A stretch of DNA of 64,000 nucleotides, from IMG/VR virus record IMGVR_UViG_3300009177_000720; one strand, written 5' to 3'. Of this stretch, positions 45,831 through 55,517 are shown in pieces; positions within the stretch are counted from its first letter, which is position 1; every line of letters begins with the position of its first letter. The position numbers and the translations under genes are program-made. Below the pieces are notes generated by a model. It searched no databases. It saw only the letters and a program-made list of their open reading frames with translations, and was not told the origin of the DNA. Source of the stretch: a virus.

Positions 45831-46178
45831 TTAAACTGTAAAAGAATGTCCACATCCGCAAGAAGACTTTTCATTTGGATTGACAAATTTGAAACCATGA
45901 TTCATTAATGTCTTTTCCCAATCCAAAGTAGATCCATTTAAATAAATAATGGATTTACAATCTACTATAACACGAACACCCTCTATTTCAAAGAGTATAT
46001 CTTTTGCTTTAGGAGGATTATCCTCAAATTGCAGCACATAACTGAAGCCCGAACAACCGCCACCTTTGACACCTAATCTAAGATAAGACTCAGGCGTACC
46101 CCTCTTGGTAAGCTGCTTTTTTACTTCTTCGGCCGCAGTAGCCGAGACAAAAATTTGGTAATCTTTCTCGGCACTCAT
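45831..46178 (-). CDS. IscA/HesB-family Fe-S carrier
   Basis: GVKGGGCSGFSY, NPNEKSSCGCGHSF. Confidence 0.95.
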   Translation of the reverse strand: MSAEKDYQIFVSATAAEEVKKQLTKRGTPESYLRLGVKGGGCSGFSYVLQFEDNPPKAKDILFEIEGVRVIVDCKSIIYLNGSTLDWEKTLMNHGFKFVNPNEKSSCGCGHSFTV

Positions 46179-46227
46179 TTATCTTTATTCCACTTTATTA
46201 GCTAATTTATAAAGCGATTTCAGGCCG

Positions 46228-46617
46228 TTATTTACGTCGACTTGCTCTTTTAACTACAGCAGGTTCTTCTTCTACTTCGATTGGCTGTTCCAATGCATCA
46301 ATCCTCTTTTTAAGGATGGTGTCAGCACTAATTATTTGATCGGTTTTGATAGCCTCAATACGATCTACTAATCGCTTAACTACTTCATTAGAAAGATATT
46401 GAGCATTCTTTGTAATAAAATCTTCAATATCTTTAGCGTCATCCGATACAAGTTTGACTTGAGCAATCTTATCGATGCTATCAAACTTGGCCTGGCTTTC
46501 TTTTACCTGAAGCCTTCTTGCCCGAACCCAATCAGACAAGAAGACTTGGTAAACAACAACAGCTAAACCAACTACAAATAAGAATTCTATAATAGAACTA
46601 AACAAATAAGCAAACAT
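46228..46617 (-). CDS. membrane-anchored hypothetical protein
   Basis: N-terminal TM. Confidence 0.7.
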   Translation of the reverse strand: MFAYLFSSIIEFLFVVGLAVVVYQVFLSDWVRARRLQVKESQAKFDSIDKIAQVKLVSDDAKDIEDFITKNAQYLSNEVVKRLVDRIEAIKTDQIISADTILKKRIDALEQPIEVEEEPAVVKRASRRK

Positions 46618-46621
46618 TGAA

Positions 46622-47728
46622 TTATCCCTTCAAATATTCTTCAACTAGATCAATACAAAGTTTGTCTAATTTTTCCTTGTCTGGAACTTTAGGTAGAACG
46701 TTCGTTGTGTTGTACAACTCATTCAGAGAAAGATCTTCCGTATCAGCAAACTCAATGAGCTGGTCATAAGTCCAAGCACCATTGCGAATGGCTAATAATT
46801 CTTCTCGGTCAGGTCTCTTGACGATGACTTTACCGGTTGTAAGAACTTCTCGACACATACGGATGAGTCTTACTAAGTGGTAAGCATGTTTGGTGTCATA
46901 ACCATACTTTTCTTCCAACTCAGAACGTTTAGCGTTGCGAGTCTTCTTCCAGTTTTGATACTGGTCGTATTCTCGTTTTGCGCTGGTATACTGACGCTCT
47001 TTCTGCATAATTTCAATGAAATTATCAGTGAGGCCAATTTTTCTGGCAGCAGCACCAAACTGTTCATCACCAGTGATTTTCATCTCAGCAAGCATAGAAG
47101 CCATGCTGTTACGAATTTCAATCTTAGTAGATTCTTCCAGGTTCTCCATAAAGTCAAACTGCATCCTATCCAATTCTTTCTGAACTTCAGCAAAAGCTGC
47201 CGTTAGTTGGTCTTGTGGAATGAGAGTTTGCTCGGGAAGTCCCAAATCCCCTCTGGTCGGAGGGGCAGAAGGTGGATTCATAATCCAGCGCTTATGAGTC
47301 TTGATTCTCTTAAGCTGAGAGACCGAATAGCCCAAAAAGGTATGCTTAATCTTTTTAGATAGAAAATCATCCTTATGGTCAAGAATTTTCTGACCAATTG
47401 GAGTAACTATAAAATGATCTGAAGGATCAGTGTGCAATACCTCAATGATATTAGGGTTGCAGTCGGCGGCCAAATTAAAAAACTTTCTGATGTCGTAGAC
47501 AACCGCATCGTCATCAGGAGCCTTCAATTCAGCTTGCTCAAACCTATGGGTGTATCCAAAAAAGTACTTCTTGGTTGGAATGGCTACGCCCTTGAAATCT
47601 TCATCAGAGGTTTCCGTGTTCGTACCATAGGCGTGAGAACCGTGGCGCACAAGCAAGACAGTACCCTTCTCAATCCAGTTAAGGTGAGGGCTGCGTTTCA
47701 TAATAGTTTGAATTACAGGATGCGTCAT
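46622..47728 (-). CDS. DNA pol-beta superfamily nucleotidyltransferase (RlaP/YcgL-like)
   Basis: GSHAYGTNTETSDEDFKGV, NPNIIEVL, GYDTKHAYHLVRL. Confidence 0.9.
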   Translation of the reverse strand: MTHPVIQTIMKRSPHLNWIEKGTVLLVRHGSHAYGTNTETSDEDFKGVAIPTKKYFFGYTHRFEQAELKAPDDDAVVYDIRKFFNLAADCNPNIIEVLHTDPSDHFIVTPIGQKILDHKDDFLSKKIKHTFLGYSVSQLKRIKTHKRWIMNPPSAPPTRGDLGLPEQTLIPQDQLTAAFAEVQKELDRMQFDFMENLEESTKIEIRNSMASMLAEMKITGDEQFGAAARKIGLTDNFIEIMQKERQYTSAKREYDQYQNWKKTRNAKRSELEEKYGYDTKHAYHLVRLIRMCREVLTTGKVIVKRPDREELLAIRNGAWTYDQLIEFADTEDLSLNELYNTTNVLPKVPDKEKLDKLCIDLVEEYLKG

Positions 47729-48147
47729 AATAGTCTTTCTAAATCTTCAGTGGAGACATAAATCTCTTCTGCGTACTCGGCAGCATTAATTAGTCGATAG
47801 GCAATATCTTGATTTTTGCTATACCGATAGTCAATCCAGAACGTTTCTGGTAACCAGATACCGTCTCCTCTTTCATTTTCGATAGAGTGAAGAATCTGCT
47901 CATCGGTAGGAAGTTGTCTAGCTTTATAACCAAACAATCTTGACCACCAAGAGTTTTCTCGCTTCTTTTCTCTTTCAACCAGTTCTTTTCGACGGTCATC
48001 AACCAAGCGTTGCGTTTCTCTCTTTTTACGCTTTTCGATATTGGCTAAGCTGGCTCTAGCTTTTTCAATTATAATTTTAGAATTAACTTTGACGAAAGAG
48101 CCGTCACATTTTTTATCGTACGACATTTGAGGAATAACAGTAACCAT
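47725..48147 (-). CDS. hypothetical protein
   Basis: 140-aa ORF. Confidence 0.68.
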   Translation of the reverse strand: MVTVIPQMSYDKKCDGSFVKVNSKIIIEKARASLANIEKRKKRETQRLVDDRRKELVEREKKRENSWWSRLFGYKARQLPTDEQILHSIENERGDGIWLPETFWIDYRYSKNQDIAYRLINAAEYAEEIYVSTEDLERLL

Positions 48148-48151
48148 TAGT

Positions 48152-48487
48152 TTAAAACTTTACAGAAGAGCCGCAGCCACAACTGCCCGTCACATTTGGG
48201 TTAATAAATTTGAATCCAGCCCCAATTGGACCATCGACCCAATCAATAGTTGTCTCATCTAAATATTGAAAAGAAAGGGGATCAATTACTACTTTAACTG
48301 TTCCATAATGGTCGGTAAACTCGGTTACCTCATCCAGCTCCCCAACCTTGTCATCGAAAGTCATATCATGGGAGAAGCCAGCACAACCGCCGCCAACCAC
48401 TCGGGCGCGCACCATATTATGTCCAATGCCCTCGGCATCAGCAATCTCAATAATTTTGATAGCAGCTTTTTCAGTTAGGTAGATCAT
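48152..48487 (-). CDS. second IscA/ErpA-family Fe-S carrier
   Basis: VVGGGCAGF, NPNVTGSCGCGSS. Confidence 0.95.
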   Translation of the reverse strand: MIYLTEKAAIKIIEIADAEGIGHNMVRARVVGGGCAGFSHDMTFDDKVGELDEVTEFTDHYGTVKVVIDPLSFQYLDETTIDWVDGPIGAGFKFINPNVTGSCGCGSSVKF

Positions 48488-48511
48488 GCGATACACTCTA
48501 ATTATTATAAA

Positions 48512-48730
48512 TTATTTGTCAAGGTCCCAGCCATTTTCACAGAAAGGATCTTTCTCTTCCTCGTAGATATTCTCCACGATTTCGCAAGGTGAATTGCTCC
48601 AGACCTCTAGCTCATGCACGGCAGCAATGATTCCATCCTGCATTAGCTCATCTTCTTCATCTTTTAATAAATCAACAATACGATCTATAACCTTGCACTG
48701 AAGGCTATAATCTAAATGGTTCCACAACAT
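48512..48730 (-). CDS. acidic hypothetical protein
   Basis: 72-aa ORF with GAGG SD. Confidence 0.65.
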   Translation of the reverse strand: MLWNHLDYSLQCKVIDRIVDLLKDEEDELMQDGIIAAVHELEVWSNSPCEIVENIYEEEKDPFCENGWDLDK

Positions 48731-48737
48731 AATTTCC

Positions 48738-49862
48738 TCACACGAATGCAGCTAATTTTCTAAGATCCGGAAAAGCGGATAATACATATTTAATATCCGA
48801 CATCTTATTATTAGATGATAAATAAGCTAAAATCTTCTTTGGCATTATCTGGGGAATTGTTTTTAACAATCTAATTAATCTATCAGCGTTGGCTTTTTTA
48901 TGGCCAGTACTGCGGTGGTATAGCTTATCTGCATAAATAATAGCTATCTCATCAGCGACAGTCGCATCTAAATCTACCAAATTTTTAACGTTACGAAGAT
49001 GATGTTCTTCGATTATTTGATAATCACAATCAGATATTAAAGCCATTAGCTTAGGATGATGAGAGGAATTATATATTTGCTTTAAACCATTTCTAATTGT
49101 TGGGTCATTAATTATAGTAAAGAAAGCTCGACGATTCTTGTCATTATGAGCGCGTTCAACGATAATTTCAAAAGCCAATCTGATAATTGGCCGCTTGTCA
49201 AACAAAATACCCTGCTGCTCTAAAGCTAGCAGTAAATCGAAATGTCGAGCGGATTGAGTTATTTTCTTGGTAATTATTGAGGCGTACTCATCAATATCAT
49301 TGAAAACGATTGGAATAAAAGAGTTAACAATTTTGATTAATTTGTCTGTGCTTAGGTGACTCGGCATTTCCGTCAAATAATTTTTGACTGGTACTAAGCT
49401 TTCTTTTCTAAAATGCTTTACTTTACAGAATTGTAAAAATTGTAGATATTCATTATCATATTTGATATCTATAGAGAACTTGGCCCTAACGGTGCTGAAC
49501 ATCCTTTTTTGAAGATAATCTTCTACGTATTTGGCCAAAGTCTTTTCGTTAAGAGAAAGTAAAAAAGATAAACGGTCAAACCAAAATTGTTCGCCATTTT
49601 CCCAAAAAATCTCGGTTCCCTTCTTAAAACGGTCCCAGAGATAATCAAAATGGGGATCATGATTTTCTTTTAGAAGCTGCTTGAATTCAGATAGATCTAA
49701 GTCCATTCTGTCTGAAAAAAACAGAAGGTCCGTTAGTTGTCTGAATTTTGGATTTACCTTATCCAATTGGATCATCATACTCTTATCTATATCATCTCTA
49801 ACATTTGCATTTAGAGGGGGTATTAAGATTAGGCCAGAGTATCGACTGAAGCGGCTTTTCAT
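48738..49862 (-). CDS. hypothetical helical protein
   Basis: 374 aa; C-terminus FPDLRKLAAFV. Confidence 0.72.
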   Translation of the reverse strand: MKSRFSRYSGLILIPPLNANVRDDIDKSMMIQLDKVNPKFRQLTDLLFFSDRMDLDLSEFKQLLKENHDPHFDYLWDRFKKGTEIFWENGEQFWFDRLSFLLSLNEKTLAKYVEDYLQKRMFSTVRAKFSIDIKYDNEYLQFLQFCKVKHFRKESLVPVKNYLTEMPSHLSTDKLIKIVNSFIPIVFNDIDEYASIITKKITQSARHFDLLLALEQQGILFDKRPIIRLAFEIIVERAHNDKNRRAFFTIINDPTIRNGLKQIYNSSHHPKLMALISDCDYQIIEEHHLRNVKNLVDLDATVADEIAIIYADKLYHRSTGHKKANADRLIRLLKTIPQIMPKKILAYLSSNNKMSDIKYVLSAFPDLRKLAAFV

Positions 49863-50986
49863 TACCAGCCTACTATATCTTTACCATCAGTTCCGGTAGA
49901 GACATAGCTGACAAAACAATGGGTTGCCCTTTCAACTTGCTGAATAAAGGGAGCAAGCTGGTCTTGATCCTTAGCGTCTTCCCATCCTGGAACCGTAATA
50001 TATTGCGGAGATGTCTCAAAGAAATCTTGAGAACAGGTGGGTGGCTTCTCATAGGCCACACACATCTTGACACGATCCATTCCATTCAAAATATCAAATT
50101 TTGTAAGAATAAGATTCGTAATCCCTCCTTTTTGACAAGCGTAATTCAAAGCTGGCAAATCTAACCAACCAACTCTACGGGGGCGACCAGTAGTCGCACC
50201 AAACTCATTACCACGCTGGCGGAGGTCTTCAGCCTCCTTGCCATGAATTTCTGTGGGGAATGGACCTTCACCAACCTTGGTAGTATAGCACTTAGCTACT
50301 CCATACACTTTTTCAGGGCGGGCAAAGGCAAATCCACTACCATAAATACCGCTAATAGTTGCATCGCTACAACTGACATATGGATAAAGGCCGTGGTTAA
50401 TATCTAATAGAACACCCTGAGCGCCCTCAAATAAGAGGGAAGAGCTTTCCATTTCACGACGTAACTCAAGCACACCTTTAAAACGTGTACCCATCTTTTT
50501 AATTTCTTCAATCCAATGCCTTTGTTCTGAGGCCCCGTTCATAAGGTCCCTGATACGCAACCCATGACGAGAAATCTTATCCCTATAAGCTGGTCCAATA
50601 CCACGGTTGGTTGAACCAATATGACCATTGGTCTGCTTATCTTCTTCTTTATGAGAGGGTAATACTACAAAAGCATCAGGATCAATATAAACTCTAGATG
50701 GAAGGGCAGAGTTGACATTCCAAAGTAAAGCTACTTCTTTATGTAATTGTTCTAAATCAATTACCATTCCTGAGCCAAGGAATGCTTTTGTTTCATCTCG
50801 GCGCCAATCGAAGGATGGCATAAGATTATGTACGTACTTGACACCATCTCTATAAATAGTGTGGCCAGCGTTGGCACCACCATTAAAACGAATCACCCAA
50901 TCAAAGGTAGAAGATAAACGGTGAGTAATATGACCTTTACCTTCATCTCCCCACATAGCGCCTAAAACAGCAATAGAGTAACTCAT
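49862..50986 (-). CDS. purA: adenylosuccinate synthetase
   Basis: WGDEGKG, GGANAGHT, GIGPAY, EGAQG, EFGATTGRPRRVGWLD. Confidence 0.96.
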   Translation of the reverse strand: MSYSIAVLGAMWGDEGKGHITHRLSSTFDWVIRFNGGANAGHTIYRDGVKYVHNLMPSFDWRRDETKAFLGSGMVIDLEQLHKEVALLWNVNSALPSRVYIDPDAFVVLPSHKEEDKQTNGHIGSTNRGIGPAYRDKISRHGLRIRDLMNGASEQRHWIEEIKKMGTRFKGVLELRREMESSSLLFEGAQGVLLDINHGLYPYVSCSDATISGIYGSGFAFARPEKVYGVAKCYTTKVGEGPFPTEIHGKEAEDLRQRGNEFGATTGRPRRVGWLDLPALNYACQKGGITNLILTKFDILNGMDRVKMCVAYEKPPTCSQDFFETSPQYITVPGWEDAKDQDQLAPFIQQVERATHCFVSYVSTGTDGKDIVGW

Positions 50987-51003
50987 AAATGACCTCAAAA
51001 GCG

Positions 51004-51043
51004 AAAAGCCCGCAGTGACTTTATATCCATCACTGCGGGCTTC
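51004..51043 (-). terminator. intrinsic terminator
   Basis: AAGCCCGCAGTGA/TCACTGCGGGCTT inverted repeat. Confidence 0.85.
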
Positions 51044-51059
51044 TATTTAAGAATGATTA

Positions 51060-52007
51060 TCAGTCGAGTTCCTCATCCCAAGGATACTCGTCCTCATCCT
51101 CTTCCTCTTCATCTTCTTCCTCTTCATCGAGATTGTCTTCACAATCCTGACAGACATCATAACCTTCCTCACACTCGCCGCCACACTCGGCGCATTCGTG
51201 GAAGCCGTCATCCTCTTCTTCTTCCTCTTCGCAATCATCTTCGTCATGATGAGAACAACACGGACTGGTAACTCGCAAGGAAAGATCAGAAGAATGCTCT
51301 CTGTCTACCGCGCCAAGCACCTTATACTTACACACGCGCATCTTTGCCTGATCGTAGTCAACCGGAATGGAAACTACGTCAGCCGGATTGACTTCACATT
51401 CCAGCATGATGCCGCCACTATAGAACTGGCTGGCATAGGAGTAATTGGCGACATGCAAGCCATAGCTGCAAGTTTGCGCAGAGTCTTCATTGACTTGGTT
51501 ACGTGGCATTTCAATCACGTTACCTGGCGAGTTATCGAAGGTACCGGAGTGAACGTCCATGTAATCATTGCGAACCTTCTTGTAAGCAATGAAACATCCA
51601 TTTTCGGTAATAGGGTGATCATTCTTCTCCAAGAATTGGAAAAGCTCATTCACTGCTCGGTAAGACGGATTCTTCTGAAGATTTTCTGCAAACTTCACAA
51701 GGGGCTCGCTTGGCAGCCCTTCTGCCTGGAATTTAAGAATCTTCCTGCTGAGAAGGTCCGGCACTGGCATTCCATTGATGTGAACGCGACCGTCCACAAC
51801 TTTGAATTCTCCCTTTCCGAACTTTTCGATCTTCTGCTTTGTAGCAGTAATCATATCGAAAATTTCGTCACGCCTTCCTTCCCTTAATGCTTTGATGACT
51901 TCATCAGCCAAAGCATCCGTACGAGATACGATATGGGTTTGCCCATTTTCGAAATTGAGTGTTACGTTATTATCCGTAATACCATGTGCTCTTAATTTGT
52001 TAGACAT
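51060..52007 (-). CDS. rIIB: rIIB-like protein with acidic, Cys-rich tail
   Basis: NPSYRAVNELFQFL, ITENGCFIAYKKV, MPRNQV, CSYGLHV, VNPADVVSIP, KMRVCKY. Confidence 0.88.
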   Translation of the reverse strand: MSNKLRAHGITDNNVTLNFENGQTHIVSRTDALADEVIKALREGRRDEIFDMITATKQKIEKFGKGEFKVVDGRVHINGMPVPDLLSRKILKFQAEGLPSEPLVKFAENLQKNPSYRAVNELFQFLEKNDHPITENGCFIAYKKVRNDYMDVHSGTFDNSPGNVIEMPRNQVNEDSAQTCSYGLHVANYSYASQFYSGGIMLECEVNPADVVSIPVDYDQAKMRVCKYKVLGAVDREHSSDLSLRVTSPCCSHHDEDDCEEEEEEDDGFHECAECGGECEEGYDVCQDCEDNLDEEEEDEEEEDEDEYPWDEELD

Positions 52008-54105
52008 TTTTCTCTCCTAGCTTTTCATCAATCATGTTAATATAACTGGCCACCGGCTCAACAAGTCCCTGGAAATTGTAAGTGTTCAAATGTTCCAGCA
52101 GCGGATATCGTTTGTGAAACTTCTTGTTAATAGCTTCAATATCATATTCGGGATGATCCTTTGCAAATTTGGCCAGATCAGCATCCGAAATATCTCCATT
52201 GACAGCTTCATAAATATGCAATAAGCCCAAATCCGCTTGGCAAATTTGCCTAACCTTATTGTGTAGAACGAATCTCTGAATGTAGAGACTGTCAGGATCA
52301 GACACACGCGGCTTCACCTGCGGGTACGTGCGCAACATTCGGTCATCTATATCGTGTCGATGAGAAGTCGCAAACTTAATTTCGAGATAATTAATCGTCT
52401 TTGTATGAAGAATATTATCTCGAATAAAGTCTTCAATGTCTTCAAAGTCTGAAAAATCTTCCGCAATTCGATCGGCTGGAGCGCTCGAATCTACTCCATA
52501 GAATGAATAAGCGGGGAACTTTTCCGCCAGATTTCGCAAACTACTCAAATCAAGATACTTCTTGTTCTTGAGGATAGGATGACGAGTGTTCGGATAAGAA
52601 TCCTTTGACAACTGACAAAGAACCTTTTTCGTGGCGTCATCCTCGATAGATGCGTAGCTAACCTGTCGGAAGGCAGTCGCCTGCTTATCAAACTTGAAAA
52701 CAATCAAGCGGGAAGCGGCAGGTGTATAAGCACGTGCAGATGCCTTCGTAATAGAAGACATAAACTGCGGATCCATCTTATCCAAATGAATAGTAGAATT
52801 CAATTTGTCAAGAGGGAACTTGTCGTTCGGACAGACCACATGTAGCGACTTCAGCTTCGGATTATCATCAAAAGCCTTTTTGACATGTCGGGGCGTTGGC
52901 TCTTTGATCGGCAAGTCATTGATGAAAAGGGCCGCATTCTCTTCAAAAGGAAGATGATTATTCAAACGACGGGTTAGCTTGTTAGGATCTAAGCCGTGTT
53001 TACGAGAGTGCTTGCCCTTGCTGAAAGTATACACCGAACAATTGGTGTAGACATAAGAATCTTGCAATTGGATGCCGCGCCAAGACAACTTACCAAGAAA
53101 GTCAATGTTGCTGAAAGCAGTACGCAATTCAGCACGATAATAAATGTTGGCAAGCCAAAGGTTGTCAAACAACTCAATCTTGTCAACTACCCTCTTACGA
53201 ATTTCTTTTTCGATTCCATCCAGACGCTCTCGAATAACCTTCTGAGTGCGCTCATCGAGGTAAACTTGCTCACGACTGGCAGAGAGACTCAGCTCTCCAA
53301 CACCAAAGTACATAACGATGTTACCCTTGGCAGCATCGATGAGTTTACCATCAGCATACTTACGAAGGGCATCAATATCCACAGGATATTCAATGCCGTC
53401 AACAATCATCTTAACTGAACGATTGTAATAATCATTCGAAGAAGTGATGGCCCACTTGTCTCCACTTAGGATGACAGTGGGATTCTTCCAATAGATGTCG
53501 CCACCTTTAATGATCGGCTTGACATCCCAATGACGACAAGCCTGCTCGGTCCAATTGATAAAATCACTAAAGTTCTTGGGAAGAACTGGAATAATAATCT
53601 CGGTCCCATTCTTTTCCTTGGTAGGAGTAGAAGAGGCGAGCATCAACTTACCAACTTTGGTTTCATCAATAAAACAGTTATAGTTATATTGAATACCTTC
53701 ATGAACGGTAATAATACTAAATGAATCGGAATAAGAGAAAGGAGTCTTAGCGCCTAGACCGAACCCACCAGTCTGAACGTTGTCTTCTCTCTTAGTGCTA
53801 GCCGTATATTTGATAAAAATGTTGGACATACGGTCTGGGCTAATGCCTGGTCCGAAATCCTTCACCTTGTAGTAAGGCTCTAGCGTGTTAGGCAAATGAA
53901 TGTGAACCGGAACTTCTGTAGCTCCAACTTCACGATGAGCGTCTCGTGCATTACACGAAATCTCACGACAAATAGCGAGAATGGGATTCGAATACATCTT
54001 GTTGCGCAAGATGTCGAAAATCATTCCCTGATCTTGGATGGAAAAGAACTGTTCCTCCAGCTCTCCCGACATCTCAAGATATGGCTTTGTCTCATTAAGT
54101 TTCAT
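52000..54105 (-). CDS. rIIA: rIIA-like protein (GHKL ATPase N-terminus)
   Basis: YSNPILAICREISCNARDAH, DFGPGI, STK, GGFGLGAKTPFSY; next to rIIB. Confidence 0.9.
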   Translation of the reverse strand: MKLNETKPYLEMSGELEEQFFSIQDQGMIFDILRNKMYSNPILAICREISCNARDAHREVGATEVPVHIHLPNTLEPYYKVKDFGPGISPDRMSNIFIKYTASTKREDNVQTGGFGLGAKTPFSYSDSFSIITVHEGIQYNYNCFIDETKVGKLMLASSTPTKEKNGTEIIIPVLPKNFSDFINWTEQACRHWDVKPIIKGGDIYWKNPTVILSGDKWAITSSNDYYNRSVKMIVDGIEYPVDIDALRKYADGKLIDAAKGNIVMYFGVGELSLSASREQVYLDERTQKVIRERLDGIEKEIRKRVVDKIELFDNLWLANIYYRAELRTAFSNIDFLGKLSWRGIQLQDSYVYTNCSVYTFSKGKHSRKHGLDPNKLTRRLNNHLPFEENAALFINDLPIKEPTPRHVKKAFDDNPKLKSLHVVCPNDKFPLDKLNSTIHLDKMDPQFMSSITKASARAYTPAASRLIVFKFDKQATAFRQVSYASIEDDATKKVLCQLSKDSYPNTRHPILKNKKYLDLSSLRNLAEKFPAYSFYGVDSSAPADRIAEDFSDFEDIEDFIRDNILHTKTINYLEIKFATSHRHDIDDRMLRTYPQVKPRVSDPDSLYIQRFVLHNKVRQICQADLGLLHIYEAVNGDISDADLAKFAKDHPEYDIEAINKKFHKRYPLLEHLNTYNFQGLVEPVASYINMIDEKLGEKNV

Positions 54106-54191
54106 TTGCTATTCCTTGGGGTTTGGGTGCGGCCAATCCGCTCCCGACCCCACTACCATAAGTTTTGGAATATAAAAGTCAACTCTCGACT

Positions 54192-54572
54192 TTATTTTAT
54201 AAATTTGACGGCAACGCCAATTCTTGACAGGAGAACTTTGGTTCTTTTGGACGGTTCTTTGGTCATAAACCCCTTGCCACGTCCTTCAGAATAATTAATG
54301 GGAGTATGGAATTGACTTGCGGTCAAATCTAGAATCTGGCCCGTCTCATGCTTTAAATACCAATGAGAGCGACCTATGTGCTTGATATGGTGAGGTGTCC
54401 AACCACTCTCTTTACCGCCCAATAAATGGTAAGCGGCTTCACTTACTACATAGCAGTGACCAAAAGTGCATGGCAAGTTAGGATTCCCTTTTCTCATCTC
54501 TCGATGAGTCTTATCCAAAAGATCATCACTCAAATTACCATGGATCAAAGTCCGAAACACTTCCCAGTTCAT
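54192..54572 (-). CDS. hypothetical protein (Cys-His-Asp arrangement, papain/transglutaminase-like)
   Basis: GHCYVVSEA, SHWYL, ILDLTASQF. Confidence 0.6.
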   Translation of the reverse strand: MNWEVFRTLIHGNLSDDLLDKTHREMRKGNPNLPCTFGHCYVVSEAAYHLLGGKESGWTPHHIKHIGRSHWYLKHETGQILDLTASQFHTPINYSEGRGKGFMTKEPSKRTKVLLSRIGVAVKFIK

Positions 54573-54581
54573 GAAATCACC

Positions 54582-55148
54582 TTACTTAATGTGGCTAACA
54601 AAATCGCCTATTGAGTGCCAGAGGAAAAAATTATCTGATTGAAAATGATGATGGTGATGGATAACCAACCACACAATTGGGAATAAGAAAGCCAAATGAA
54701 TAATTTGATCAATGGCAATCATCAGAATTTTTCCCATTGGGGTTTGTACCCACTCTACGAAACCTCGTTCTGCATCTGGTGCGTGTACTCTAACAGCTAC
54801 AGTGCCATCAGTACGGGTATAGGTTTCCTTCCAAGGTTCCGTCATCTCAGGCGGCTTACGAATGTACTTGGCCCAAAGGAAAACTGGAGTATAGGTATCT
54901 TCATAGAAATGAGACCAGAACAAAATATTGGCAGCGACTAACCACTCCCACCAATAGAGGCCAAAAGCCCAGAATAGTGGGGCGAATCCAAGAGTATAAA
55001 TTGCGCAGTGCTTGGCACGAATCCAGGGGCGATTGTGCTTGACCATGGCCTCTGAGTGGCTCTGGAAAATCCAATCCACGAAAAAATGCACAAAAGCTAA
55101 TACTGCAAACAATCCGCCCGCAATAGCAATCTCAATCGTTAGTCCCAT
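54582..55148 (-). CDS. DUF3307-family membrane protein
   Basis: HFFVDWIFQ, HCAIY, HFYED, IDQIIH. Confidence 0.85.
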   Translation of the reverse strand: MGLTIEIAIAGGLFAVLAFVHFFVDWIFQSHSEAMVKHNRPWIRAKHCAIYTLGFAPLFWAFGLYWWEWLVAANILFWSHFYEDTYTPVFLWAKYIRKPPEMTEPWKETYTRTDGTVAVRVHAPDAERGFVEWVQTPMGKILMIAIDQIIHLAFLFPIVWLVIHHHHHFQSDNFFLWHSIGDFVSHIK

Positions 55149-55440
55149 TTGACTTTCTCCAATACTTAGTCTTACCTAGCTTCTTTTGATACACATCAAT
55201 GATGTTCTTGAACACATCTTGCATGTCATCAAAATCCATATGAATATCTAATTGAAACGAAAAGATTACTTTTCGCTTCCGAAAAACTTTCTTAACAACC
55301 ACAAAGGTAGTGCCAGGATATTCGGAGGCTAACTTAATAGCAGCTTTTATCGCATTGACTCTTTTGTTAAAGATATCAAAATGATCGCCCTTTACGCTCT
55401 CAACTGCATAGCGTGGCGTAGCGATAGTAAATGGTTTCAT
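55132..55440 (-). CDS. hypothetical protein
   Basis: 102-aa ORF. Confidence 0.68.
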   Translation of the reverse strand: MKPFTIATPRYAVESVKGDHFDIFNKRVNAIKAAIKLASEYPGTTFVVVKKVFRKRKVIFSFQLDIHMDFDDMQDVFKNIIDVYQKKLGKTKYWRKSNGTND

Positions 55441-55517
55441 GAATTACTGGTCTTTAGATAAATTACAGAATAAACCAATTGTGAGTAACACGTCTAATAT
55501 GATAAAGCCGGTCATAG

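Noticed and set aside
49862-50986. PurZ (2-aminoadenine DNA pathway)
   Set aside because: The catalytic Asp of GDEGKG is retained, as in PurA; PurZ has Ser there.
51198-51887. 229-aa plus-strand ORF and similar antisense ORFs (5121-5489, 37718-38179, 41408-41842, 52996-53418)
   Set aside because: These are shadow frames opposite well-supported genes, with no recognisable motifs.
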